A DNA stretch of 64,000 nucleotides, from the NCBI GenBank assembly GCA_973895155.1, contig OZ316891.1, positions 16,891,651-16,955,650 of the forward strand. Direction: 5' to 3'. Numbering within the stretch: the stretch's first letter is position 1; each line of letters starts with the position of its first letter. Below the pieces are notes generated by a model, which saw nothing but the letters and a program-made list of their open reading frames with translations, did not search any database and was not told the origin of the DNA. A program made the position numbers and the translations under genes. The stretch comes from Marsupella aquatica. Its lineage: Eukaryota; Plantae; Marchantiophyta. Below are positions 8,940-20,353 of this stretch, piece after piece.

Positions 8940-11900
8940 ACAGGAATCACTCGGCCGGTTAAGTGGGTAAAGCAGGAAGGCACCCTAGGAACACCTTAGT
9001 ATAGTGACAAAACAAGGAAAATATAAACAATTAGGGGCAACCATGGAACCCGGGCAGAGGCCGGAGGTAAGGCTGAGGGTGAAAACCCGATTAGGGTTAG
9101 GGCGCGTTAAGCGTCGGCGGCTAGGAAGGATCAACGGGAAGAAGGACCGGCAGAGGAGAGGGGTAAGGAGCGCTTGCAGGAGATGGTGGCTCATTTGCGA
9201 GCACGAACTAGGTAGACGACTACGGGAGGCCAACTACTGTCAGCTGCTTAGGCAAGCACTCGGGGAGAGAGTAGATACCGACGATCAACCTAAGGAGGGT
9301 ATGAGCAACGTCAATCAAGCGGCACATTTCTGGGGATGCCTGTTCGAACGGGCAACTGAGTACATCAAGACTTACGAGGACGAGGAGTCAGAAAGGGCAG
9401 CTCGAGAACGGCAGGAGCTCGCTCAATTGTGGGAGCTGCAGAACACGGCTTTCTTAGGAGGCGAACTCATCAAGGACGAGTTCCTGTGGACGCCTACTTC
9501 CAATCAACTCGACGATCTTCTGTTTTGCAAAGACAGCGTCGTCGGCATCCGAGAGGCCATCAAGAACTGCAACGACATACATTGGGAATTAAAGGGTAGC
9601 ACAGAAAGGTGGACCCAGGCAACGGTGCTAGGAGAAACCTCCACGGCAGTAGAGATGAAGAGGAAGGGAGCCGTCAACGATGAAGCCACCCCGGCAAAAA
9701 GAACGAGGTCGGCGGCACCAAAGAAGCCAGCCGAGCAGCAGAGCAGGAGGCAGGGAGAAGCCGAAGAGGAGGAGGTCGATCCCATCAAGGCCATTCCAAC
9801 CAGGGATGACACCTGGAAGGGCTGGGCGGCAACCCTACCGGTGGAGGTGCAACTACATTTTGCACGGGAGGAGGATGCATGCTTTACGGCCATGCAGACC
9901 AAGAAGTACCAAGGCTTCATGGCCGGATCCGGCTTGGAGGCCTTTGTAAGATTACCATGGCTGAAGCCGGAGGTACCGGAGTCAGACCTATTAGAATTCG
10001 TGGGGTCATGGGAACCCGAGACCAATTGCACGAGGATATATGGGAAGGATTTCTATCTTACTCCCAAGGTGATTGCCGAAGTGTTTGGCTTGCCGATGGG
10101 CAATAAGACCAAAGTTGATACCAGGAAGACCTTGCCTGACAAGGAGTTCCGGTCGTTCCCCGGGCCATCAACGAAGAATGGCTTCTTCCGGAACACCTGC
10201 ACCAACCCGCACATAGGAGAGATGATCGACTTCTTGCGGGTGACCATGCATTGTAACTTGCCGAGGGCAGAGATCGGCAAGGCACAGGTCTATCTGGCAG
10301 AAAGGCCAAACCCAAGCCGGGACTACAACGGGTACCTCCTCAACCAATTGAAGAAGATCTTAAAGGAGGAGCAGCAGGTAATCGGCATGGGGAGCATGTC
10401 GCGGCTTGGCTATCACATGCCGCTGTTGTGCCGGTATGCCAGAGGTCAGACTTTTGCCCCGGTACTTCCCCTGCAGGTAAGGGCACCCGAGGAAGCTCCA
10501 ACGCCGAGGCCGTTGGCTGAGAAGCCTCAACCACCTGTTAGTCCTACGATCGAGCAGGTGTTTAGGCCCAGGAAGGAAGACTTGCCGATGCAGCAACCAG
10601 GCATGCAGAGTCTGCTGAAACTACTGGAGAAAGAAAAGAAATCGGCATCGGCAACAACAACGGCAACGGCAACAATGCAGGACACTACTACAGAGGTAGG
10701 CCTACACCGGCTCACAAGAGAAAACCCCTTTGCTGGAGACAAGGAGAGAATCAGGCCGGAATCCAAGCCAGGTGTTCGAATGTACGTGGGAACCTCAAGC
10801 TCCGAATCTGAGGCAGAATTGCCTGAAGCTCCTACCAAGGAAGAGGAGAGGGAGAAGCCGGAAATCCAAGAGGTAGAGGAGGCAGTGGAGGACTGCAGCC
10901 ATGATAATTCCGGCTATGGGTCGGACCATCACGTTCCAGGAGTAAGGACCTGTGGCCGGTTTGTCCCCACACTTCCAAGGGTAGTGCGAGGGGACCCCAA
11001 CCAGCAGAGTAGCCCTGAGTCTCCCCCACCAGATGTTGCTCCCCCGAGCTTCGACGGCATAAAACAGACGGTGCAGGAATTTCAGGAGCGAATCAAGCAG
11101 GAGGAAGAGGCCGCCCTGGCTAAGGAAAAGGATTTACCAGGAGGAGATTGGCCGGAGGACATCAGGCGGCTAGCCGAAAAAGGAAGCAAACCTCTAGCCA
11201 CGATTGAAGAGATCCGCAGGACGGCTTGGGAGCAGAGGCCACGATGGGCGATGCCGATCACTTCTACTTACTCCACCTACGCTAAGAATAGAGCCATGGA
11301 GTATGGTGAGATGTGTGGGGAACTTGCGCTCGGCATCTTTGGAGAGGAGTTGGAGATAGGACCCTTTTTCCATAGGGAGCAGTTGGAGAAGCACCAATTA
11401 GAAGAAGCGGTGGCTTTAGAGAGAAGCAAGAAGGATGAGGTCATTCGGCGGCTTAGGAGGATGGAAGCCGAGATTGAAGATCTAAGGGCGGCCAAGAAAG
11501 CCCAAGATGAACTGCGGATTAAACGACATGAGCTGAACATCATGCAGGGGCAGTTGGACGCCGCGCAGGCTGATAATCAGAATATCAAGGATAAACTGAC
11601 TCAGACGCAGGAAGAGTTGGCCGACACGATCAAAGAGAGGGAGAAGTGGAAGCAAGAGCTGAAGAATACAGAGGAGGCCCACATAACAGCCAACAGCCGG
11701 GCTATGGCGGAGACCCAAAGAAAGGAATGGGCGTTGAAAGGGGAGCTCGAGAAAATCCGCGGAGCCCTTGAGCAGAAGGAGGTCGAGTTAGGGAAATCCT
11801 ATCAAGGGATTATGGCGCTGCAGCAGGAGCTTGCGTCCCTGACGGCCAGCTTCAAGGCCGACCTAAGGGAGAAGGACGAGATGCTCGAACAGACTTACGC

Positions 11901-13611
11901 CAAGATGAACCAGATGGAGTCTGTCATCATTGCAGAGCTCGACAAGGAGCTAAGAGCAACCCAGGAGGAGAGGGCTACCTTGAAGAAGGAATTGGAGGAA
12001 GCCCACAGGGAGCAGGAGGAGGCCAAAAACGAGCTGGAGGGGGCACGTAAGGACCTGGATGAAACCCAAGAGGAGTTGGAGGAAATCACGAGGAAGATGG
12101 AGAACCTACAGCGGCGGGCCGACAACCAAACAGAGCGGCTGAAGAAACAAGCTGTAGTATTTAAATGCTTAGCTGCAGCAGGTCCATCTCCCGTTGGGAC
12201 AAACCAGTTACCAGGGGTGGTAATTGCCGAAGGACAAGCCGCGTCAACTGCACCAGTGCCGGAAGTAAGTGGGAAGGGGAAGGGACCAGCTGCCGAGCCA
12301 CCAACGAAGAAGAAGCGGAAACCTTCAGGGTCAAGGAGTAATACGACTTCACAGGCCGTGGTGATCAAGGAGGTAGACCCAGCACCGACCCCAGACAGGG
12401 TCACGGCTAAGGATCCAACTACCCTAGGGGAAGGGGAGGCCGAAGCCGTGGGGGTGGCTGAAGCTGAAGCCGAGGGAGTGGCTGAAGCCGAAGCCGTGGG
12501 AGTGGCTGAGGCCGAAGCCGTGGGTATTGCCGAGGCCGGTGTCGAGGCTGAAGCCGAAGGTGGACCCAGTCAGGCCAATGGAGAGTTGACTCGGTCAAGG
12601 GCAGGTAATCTGTCAGTAGGCGGGCCAACGGCAGTGGCTGAGGAGGAAGTGTTGGGGGCGTCCATTGAGGATCCACCACCGGTGTCGTGACGGTGCAAGG
12701 GCGCCGTTCCTTTTAGGGAGGGCGGACGTGGAGGGAGGAGGCGTGAGTGGGCAGGGCGGGCGTGGATCTCCACGTTTAGGATTAGGATCAGAACCAGGAG
12801 CGGCCCTGACACTTAGCTTAGTGGGATTGCGGTCCCACTGGTAGGAGCAACACTTGTGCTCCTGCCTTGCTGTACATAGGTAGATTCGGGCAAGTAGATT
12901 ACTGTTAAGTAGATTAGGCTTACGATGCAAAGAATGGCGGATCCACTACCAGGATAAGTACCTGGGCAGCGGGGAGCTCAGGGCCTCTTCTTTAGCAAGT
13001 TTTTAGTTTGCACCAGCCGGGCTGGGATCAAGTAGTACGAGAAGCTCTCGGTTAGTCATACAGTGACCCTTGTGTATATTCATGTTTCCTCATGCCTAAG
13101 AGCTGAATAGAGTTGGCCTCACGGCTTAGTTCGCAGAACTTGTGTATGAGATGTACTGTTTGTATGGCAAGTGCATGGTATGACTCAGTCAGAATGAGTC
13201 ATTTTGCTATTTGTGTGTCGCATTAACTTGTGTGAAGAGTGCCCACATCAACAGAAGGAAGGAAAGTAAGCAGGGGAGTGAGAGTTGGATGTGTCGAGCT
13301 GAGAGAGGTCTTAGCGGCTTAACCAAGCCTATTGGGGATCATTCCGGCGGCGGAATCCAAACATACCTAACAAGACGGAGGGGAAGACAGGGGAAGACAG
13401 GGGAAGGCCTATATTAGGCCGGCTACGTATCTCATGACCCGATGAAGGATCTGTCCAGTATATGTGTGTAAAATGTTAATAGTAGTAGTAGAAGGTTAGC
13501 AGCGTCCCATGCCGCTAAGCCGCGGAAATGGCCTCGCCAAGCATGAAACCTGCGGGAATCGGCTTGAGCTGGGGGGTTTCTTGGGTTTAGGGAGCCATGG
13601 GACGCACCACA
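8928..13611 (+). repeat. Family A 3' LTR (4684 bp)
   Basis: TG...CA ends. Boundaries confirmed by the TSD-flanked solo copy at 42175-46829. Followed by GTGTC (predicted TSD). Confidence 0.96.
9004..12690 (+). CDS. LTR-encoded protein of family A, about 1130-1228 aa depending on start (GTG 9004, ATG 9043 or ATG 9301)
   Basis: Uninterrupted 3.7-kb ORF wholly inside the LTR. Globular block (GLEAFVRLPW...EF...LTPKVIAEVFGLP...NGF...C), long coiled coil, basic KKKRK motif, EAEAVGVA repeats. Intact in the solo copy. Confidence 0.88.
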   Translation: MTKQGKYKQLGATMEPGQRPEVRLRVKTRLGLGRVKRRRLGRINGKKDRQRRGVRSACRRWWLICEHELGRRLREANYCQLLRQALGERVDTDDQPKEGMSNVNQAAHFWGCLFERATEYIKTYEDEESERAARERQELAQLWELQNTAFLGGELIKDEFLWTPTSNQLDDLLFCKDSVVGIREAIKNCNDIHWELKGSTERWTQATVLGETSTAVEMKRKGAVNDEATPAKRTRSAAPKKPAEQQSRRQGEAEEEEVDPIKAIPTRDDTWKGWAATLPVEVQLHFAREEDACFTAMQTKKYQGFMAGSGLEAFVRLPWLKPEVPESDLLEFVGSWEPETNCTRIYGKDFYLTPKVIAEVFGLPMGNKTKVDTRKTLPDKEFRSFPGPSTKNGFFRNTCTNPHIGEMIDFLRVTMHCNLPRAEIGKAQVYLAERPNPSRDYNGYLLNQLKKILKEEQQVIGMGSMSRLGYHMPLLCRYARGQTFAPVLPLQVRAPEEAPTPRPLAEKPQPPVSPTIEQVFRPRKEDLPMQQPGMQSLLKLLEKEKKSASATTTATATMQDTTTEVGLHRLTRENPFAGDKERIRPESKPGVRMYVGTSSSESEAELPEAPTKEEEREKPEIQEVEEAVEDCSHDNSGYGSDHHVPGVRTCGRFVPTLPRVVRGDPNQQSSPESPPPDVAPPSFDGIKQTVQEFQERIKQEEEAALAKEKDLPGGDWPEDIRRLAEKGSKPLATIEEIRRTAWEQRPRWAMPITSTYSTYAKNRAMEYGEMCGELALGIFGEELEIGPFFHREQLEKHQLEEAVALERSKKDEVIRRLRRMEAEIEDLRAAKKAQDELRIKRHELNIMQGQLDAAQADNQNIKDKLTQTQEELADTIKEREKWKQELKNTEEAHITANSRAMAETQRKEWALKGELEKIRGALEQKEVELGKSYQGIMALQQELASLTASFKADLREKDEMLEQTYAKMNQMESVIIAELDKELRATQEERATLKKELEEAHREQEEAKNELEGARKDLDETQEELEEITRKMENLQRRADNQTERLKKQAVVFKCLAAAGPSPVGTNQLPGVVIAEGQAASTAPVPEVSGKGKGPAAEPPTKKKRKPSGSRSNTTSQAVVIKEVDPAPTPDRVTAKDPTTLGEGEAEAVGVAEAEAEGVAEAEAVGVAEAEAVGIAEAGVEAEAEGGPSQANGELTRSRAGNLSVGGPTAVAEEEVLGASIEDPPPVS

Positions 13612-14162
13612 GTGTCTACAGGGTGACAAATGACTGTGGGCTCATCACTGTATTTGAGCAAGAGAGCCACAATCACGACAGGGCCTGGATGGAGATGGGA
13701 TATGTGGGAGAATTAGTTGACATATGGGCTCTGGACTATGGGGCGGTGTCCAGTCCTGTGATTCTTATGAAAGGTTCATGGGTGCGGCAGGATTGGCTTG
13801 GTAATAGGGCTACCATGAAGAGAGACAACGACGGTTTCTTGCTGGCCAATTTCATAGGGAAATTGCCCAAATGGTCTGAGCCATTTGTGTTTCCCAATCA
13901 GGTGGAGCAAGCTTTCTTCCTGGATGTGGAAGACTCCCCAGGTTGGCGTGTAGTGTGTCATAAACAGGCCAGGCAACATCGGATGGAAGGATCAAACCTT
14001 GAGTTTCATTTACACTCTCATAGTGCCTTCGATCATCGGCGTTCAGACCAAGTGCCTGTAGTTCATGATAGCGGGGACTTCATTCCTGTGACAAGGGTAG
14101 ATGCATTTGCTGAAGGAGGCGAATTCAGAAATGCAGATACCAATAGTGTGCCTGTGCCATGA
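13612..14162 (+). pseudogene. C-terminus of CACTA transposase (TnpD/Tnp2, DUF4216-like)
   Basis: YVGELVDIWALDY...W...GFLLANF...EPFVFPNQVEQAFF...GWRVV resembles the DUF4216 region. The frame is cut at the LTR junction. Confidence 0.8.
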
Positions 14163-14313
14163 GTAATGTGAATTGTTTGCATGGACAATAGTGAGGGGAT
14201 GTGTAATAAAGTAATTCTGAAGCAACACAGATGTATGGATGGATGCTGGTGATTGTGGTTGCATTGTATTATACGGGGTGACCATAGATGACATGTTTTT
14301 GTGGTCCAGTAGG

Positions 14314-17300
14314 ATGGAACAGAGTGACACAGAGATGTGTGAGTATGAAAGGAAAGCTATGGAACAACGAGCATACGTGAAAGCCAAAATTGTAGAACTG
14401 GATCTGGAAAAGGATGTGGCTGAATTGTAAGGGAACGATTCTCAACTACACCGCTCCGCTGAGTTTATGTGACATGAATAGTTCAATGTGGCATTGAAAC
14501 TGTGACTGTATTCTCATATTGGAATGTCGTAGAGCAGCAGGTTTTTCAAAGAAACAAAAGGAGTACACAAGAAGGGTGACCAGCACTATATCTGGGCCTG
14601 TGCGTCGGAGTGACAGGTTGAGCAAGAAGGTCGTACCTACAATGGCAGAATGTGGAGATGACATGGATGCTGCGCAAGTGGGTGCAGACACTAGACAAGA
14701 AGATGCAGATGATGAGTATTTTCCAGAGGAAATGGATGAGGATGGGGGTTATGAAGATGAATACATTGCAGAGCAGCCCCAAAAGAAACAGGTAAGTAGT
14801 TTTCGCAACAAGCTAGGTTTAGAGTTAAAAACTCTTGTTGAGAGGTTTCATATGTTCAGTACTACACCCTATGTACCTTGCTTAGTTCCTGACATTGTAG
14901 TTGGTGATGTGATGCAAGGTCCTGCCAGTTCTGTTCTGCCTGCAAAGCCTGTGCATGCACCATACCAGTAGGGGGGCTGACCTCTGATCAAGGTTGGCGA
15001 GGTGGTAGTAGTGGTAGATCCCAGGCTGGTGCCCAATACTATGGCAGGGGGCAAGCTCTAGGTTATGCCAGTGGTAGAGGCAGAGCAGGTCCAAACCCAC
15101 AGTCTTGTGGGTATGGACGTCCACCTCAACCATGGGGATGTGAGTATATATCTATATGCCAGTTATTTGTGAAGGCATGGCACTCCTGAATTTTAGACTG
15201 CATATCAATTTTTGACATTGTTTGGGATGTATTGGATTCAGACAACATGAAATTTTGTCCACCTACCATTGCATGCAGATTCTGCCCAACTGATTGGGCA
15301 AATGCTGGTAATGATTAGTTCCAATGTCCACAAGGACAGACATGGGTTGAACCAGGTTGGGAGGATGGTGGTGGGTCGTGGAATGAACAAGGTTGGGAAG
15401 GTAATTGGCAGGGATTTCAAAATACAGTACCTACAAACGCTGGAAGAGGGGCAGGTAATGTCTGATCTTAATTGTCAGCAATGGAAGAACTCATTATATG
15501 TGGAGTCCATTGATGTGGAGGGGATTCTGCACATGTATAATAATAGAAAATGTCTGTGTGCAGGTTGGACAGTCGAACCATCGACTCAAGTATTCACTAA
15601 TGCCCCTATGCAGATGCAGCACGGAAGGGGGCCAGGTATGTTGGTGAATGTTCATATGTTTTCCTATAGTTTGTACTTAGTTTTCAGTACATATGTTTGC
15701 ACACACATACCTAGAAAGTGACATCATCCGGCCCCTGTACTAGGCTGGACAGGTGATCCAGGGTCACAACAATTCCAGAGTGCAGTCCCTGCACAGGCAT
15801 CTACAGGCAGAGCTACAGGTATGTATGTTTGAAGAATTTTTCTTGAAGTGAAGCATTGAATGTTGCTGTCATCCATTCTGCTGTATGTAGTTCTCAAGCA
15901 TGAATGGCATTGTATTTTCCCAGGTGGCTTCAGAACCCCAGGTAGGGTGAATGAAGGGGTGGCCAATACAACGCCCAATACTACCGAGAGCAGTGCACGA
16001 GGGGAGGTGACAAAGAAAGGTAATGTAAAGTTGAATGAGAGACAATGGGTGGATGCTGAGTGTCCTCGTAAGAACCATTGGCATGCTGATTTGAAAGCTT
16101 AAGTATTGCGTTGGTTAGATGTGAGTGTTATTAATTTTAAAAAACAACATCCAAATGATTGGAAGACTGTATGTGAAAATGTTGCTGCCAAATGGAATTA
16201 TGTGGGCAGTGATGATGGCGTGGACATAGGTTGCCTAGAGAGTACAGCAGGTAAAATCATAAAGCAAGAGAGGTGGAGAATGCATAAGGCTTGGAAGGAA
16301 GGTGGGGAGAAGCCAGATATACCTCCACCAGCTAGTTGTGATGATAAAGTGTGGGCAAGGTTAGTAGCTTATTTTGTAACAGATGCTTCAAAAAAGAAGA
16401 GTTCACAGATGACCGAGGCCAGGTTGAGTGTTCAGAACCCTAATCTGACAGGAAGGACTGGAATTGCATCGACAGCAAAACATTTGGTAAGAATCAATGG
16501 CCTAGCTATGTAATTTATGCTACACTATGTATTGTTTTTTAGTGTAAACCCATACATGTAAACTTTGTTTTTTAGTGTACGTTCCCTGAATAATAATGAT
16601 AACTTGTGTTTGCCATGCAGAAGCCCAATTGGGGCAAAGCCCTTCAAAAGAAGAGTTGAGGGCTGAAATTGTGAACACCCGGGCTCAAGAGGGTGCATCT
16701 GAATCCTCCAAGCATGTAAGTTATATGAGTTCTGATTGGTAATTGAATGACCTGCATTGAATTTCAGGTGTACACTGTATATAACATTGATTGTGCATAT
16801 ATTGCCCAACATTTCATATGGAGTGATTGAACCTATACCCTTGTGTCATGTAGGGAGGTGGATCTTCACTTACAGAGATAAGTGGTCGTTTGAAGGCTGT
16901 CAAAACATGTCTTCCAGAGATCAATGAACGTTTGAATTCATTGATTGACTTGTTCCATGTGAACTTCAAGACATTAATGGAAGTTGTTGTGTTGGTGAGA
17001 GATAAAATTGATTCCAATTCTGCAGGAGTTCCACCATCACCACTTGAGGTGGCAAAGTCGATGCACTCTTCTGGCATGCCAACGACATGTAGGCTTGAAG
17101 GTAAGGCCTTTACAACTGTGTGGGATATGATTAGTAAATGTATAGTTTGAATTGACATAGTTTGTTGAATGCGTTATTTTCAGTAACATATATTGTGGTT
17201 GTTGTGTCCATAGAGAATAAGACAGGTGCTGCAGAGAAGAAGTATGAGAACCTGGCAAATACTCGCTGTAATTTAGAGGCAACAAAGTTGCAGTCTGTAC

Positions 17301-18009
17301 AAGCAACTTGTTTGACAAAGGGCAGTCAACCATGTTTGGATAAGGATGACATTGGCAAGGGAGTGGATGATATCAATGTTGGGGCAAATGAGGATATCAG
17401 CAAGCATGACAATGATACCATTGAGCCAGATTCATGCTATGTAGATCTTGACTCCATTGCAGAGATAAATAATTTGCAGAATGTATCATTCTCAATGACA
17501 CATGTGCCTCTTGTTGAGATAAATCCAACCAAAGAGTTAGTTGGTATGACACTCCCAGGTGGTGAACCTGCTGCTGTGACAGTCCTAACAAAGGAACCTA
17601 CTGAGCCTAGCTTCACTACTATGAAGAGAGGAAGCATGCGCACACGAAGCAAGCTGCTGGTGGGAGCAGAGCCACGTCAAAGGTTTCATACAAACCTCCA
17701 AGAACGGTGCTGGCAGAAAGATCTAAGGTGGAAGTAGGGAAAGCACCTAATGCTGAGGGACAAAGTGGCTTGTTAGCTGTTGATGAGAGTGGAACACGAG
17801 TAGGATTTGGCACAGTGCAGGTTGGTTCCACAACGTTCCATGGCAAGCGGATTCCCCCAGGTTATTCAGTAGTGTTAGTCACATTACTAGTGAAACCTAA
17901 AGCTGTCCTTCCCATTCCAAACACAAATGATGATCCTCCTCAAAAGACACTTGGAGATGCTGTAGGTTCTTTGGTATTATGGCCAAGCAAGTTCATAGAG
18001 GATCCATAA
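14314..18009 (+). pseudogene. Multi-exon CACTA TnpA-like gene
   Basis: CEYERKAMEQ N-terminal motif; PPPASCDDKVWARLVAYF...SSQMTEAR...TGRTG (Ptta/En/Spm-like); FHGKRIPPGYSVV...LPIP...TLGDAVGSLVLWP (TNP1-like). GT-AG introns. In-frame TAA at 16100-16102. Exon boundaries not fully resolved. Confidence 0.7.
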
Positions 18010-18509
18010 CAATGTCATGCCATTATTTGTTCGTAGTGTGAGTCATGTTATGTAGATTTTAGATGTCAAGAAGGAGTACAAGAATCATGTCCTCTTGGAG
18101 ATTCATAGTATCATGCATGTGCTTTCAGTTATCTCATCATGCAGTCATCAATTATGAGTTCCTATTTTGTTTGAATTACATTGATCACATTGTAAACTAT
18201 TCCATTGGAATTCAAATGATCTACATTTTTTAGCAAGATTGTGATTCTATTTAATTCTTATTAATGTTTTGTGTAGGATCTCCTTATATGATGCTTTGTT
18301 TCATGTGAATGTCATTCATGCTATGTTCATTTCTTGTATTCAATGTGTTATATTTCTAAAGTTAGAACATCAGGTTTCTATGTATTGTAATGTGGAGTGC
18401 TCTCTCTCCTTATGAACTATACTTTTGTGTTCATTAGTCATGTTACAACTTGCATGTGAACCTTATTAGTTATAAACATGAGTATATAGAGTCCCAAATG
18501 GTTCTGTTG

Positions 18510-18863
18510 TGTGACCCGGGCCAGGGTCTCCATTGGTCTCTCCTGTGACACTAAATGGTCACACGCTAGTCGTTGTTGAATGCGGGTAAGTCATGTATGT
18601 GACTTACCATGTGACTCGTTAAAGTCATATTGCAGTCAAGTAGAAACAAGGCTAGACTCCACACTAAAGTCATAGATCAGTCACAAATGGGTATCAAGCA
18701 AGTCACAAAGCTCAGTATCAATAGTGACTTCCATTTTTTGGTCTCAACTTTTGCAACTCCAAGGGTCACAGCGTGGGTCAAGTCACGTTGAGTCACAATG
18801 AAGTCACATGAGCCAAAATGAGTCACATATTGCGGTCTCAATTCACCTCGGATTCTTCTAGTG
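18510..18863. repeat. CACTA 3' subterminal repeats and terminus
   Basis: Many (A)GTCAC(A)/TGTGAC motifs in both orientations, ending in TTCTAGTG. Confidence 0.7.
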
Positions 18864-20353
18864 CCACTGTCCGTCCAGGACAGCTCCTTCCTTGGGCGCG
18901 GCCCGGGTTCCCCCTCGTACCTATCCATCACCAACTGACCGCCCTGACCTCAGGACATGCTCATGGCCCAAATAGCATAGCTTGTCCTAAAGCTTGTCCC
19001 AAGCTTGTCTCAACACGTCGGGACCAGAACGGCCCCGACTCGAACACCCACTCCCGATTCTCCCCACTGATGGTCTAGGGACCGAGCACCCTTGGGACTC
19101 CTCAGGACTCAGCCTCCATACCTACTTGGCCTTGCCTCCCCAACGCAAGCTCCCTTGGGAGACTGAACGCGGCTTGGCTGTTATTTGGCAGGATTTGGCA
19201 AGCGGGCGAGCTAACACCCGCAAACCACAAGAACCCATGTCACCCCGGACCCAGCTGAGCTGAGGAGGGCGTAGTACTCCTCAAGAGCTTTCCAATGCAC
19301 CTAAGAAGTCCTCCAACGGACTTCCCGTTGGGAAGATATCGTCATTTCCGTTTGGCGGTTTCTTTTAGTGTTGCGACCGCCGCGGCTCACGACTTCGGCT
19401 CGGCCTTAGCCCCCAGAGAGACACCACTCCCCTCATATATGCTTCTAGAGACCTGCTGTCACGTCGTAGGCTTCGGCCTTAACTCAGACTTCAGCTTAGA
19501 CGGGCACATCCCTCGTAAATCTGAGGGTTCGGGCAGGAAGGGAAGCACGTAATGCACCTTATTCTCGTAAACTAGCGCTAAGTGCGCATACTGCTAAATA
19601 CGGACACCTCCTAGGTATGGTTTGTGTTCCGCCGCCGGAACGTACCTTAGTCGATAGCAGGATCGACCCCGGCTTAAGGGCTTCTAAGCCTTCGTGCTGT
19701 CCGCCTTCGATCCGGATTCGATGATACAGGTCCTCAACCCGTGCTCGCAACCACTTACCCGCAGGCTGCACCCTGTGCACGTCTCGGGTAGTGCGTTCGG
19801 CCTGGCGCTGCCACCCATATACGAGAAACCCACACACATATGCGCACACATGCATACAATCTCGATTTACACGAAGGAAAATGATGGGAAAGGATTTTAC
19901 TACAAAGGGAACATATGCGTACACTTAGTTGACACGACAGCCCTGGAATGCACAGGTTCAAGGCCGAGGGTGCACACTACAACGGAGCCCGGCTCCGCAC
20001 TCGCCCGACGAGCTTAGTCCTACCCCCTCCCCTTGGTACTCTGTCATTCCCAGAGGTCGAGACTCCTCGCATGTCCCGCGGATGTCCGACTCTGAAACTA
20101 AAAACCCCCCCTGCCTCTACCAAGGGGTGCACTAAATACTAAGAGCCAAAGAACGGGGTGTCCTCTCGCCGAAGATTCGCTGACTAAGGTCCTAACTAAG
20201 CTGACAGTCAAGCCGGAAAACGGCTGTGTCTTATTAGAAGATCCTAATCTACGCAGGCTGGATAGCAGGGCAGCGCTGCGGTACCTAAGGCAGGTGCCTG
20301 TCCCAAGAGCCTGACTAAGCCAATCCTAATCCTAATCTATTCCTACTTCGCCG

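Larger units (their letters stand above)
1..13611 (+). mobile_element. Ty3/Gypsy LTR retrotransposon, family A copy 1 (5' LTR starts about 2 kb upstream of the window)
   Basis: 1-2703 is repeated at 10909-13611 (offset 10908). Order is PBS, gag-PR, RT-RH-INT, PPT. The 3' LTR runs TGTGAT...CACCACA. Confidence 0.97.
13612..18863 (+). mobile_element. CACTA (En/Spm) DNA transposon, 3' part, interrupted by A1
   Basis: TnpD C-terminal-like coding, TnpA-like exons, GTCAC/GTGAC subterminal repeats, terminal TAGTG at 18859-18863. Confidence 0.85.

Noticed and set aside
9004-12690. Retroviral-type envelope or captured host myosin/SMC gene
   Set aside because: No evident signal peptide, transmembrane helix, motor or ATPase motif. 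A coiled coil alone is not diagnostic, and homologs here occur only in LTR context.
13581-13592. Telomere-like GGGTTTAGGG in the A LTR (and AAACCCTAAA in the B LTR)
   Set aside because: Single short units. Possibly telo-boxes, but not distinguishable from chance.
13509-14162. 217-aa ORF as a standalone gene
   Set aside because: Chimera of the A LTR end and the CACTA transposase C-terminus.
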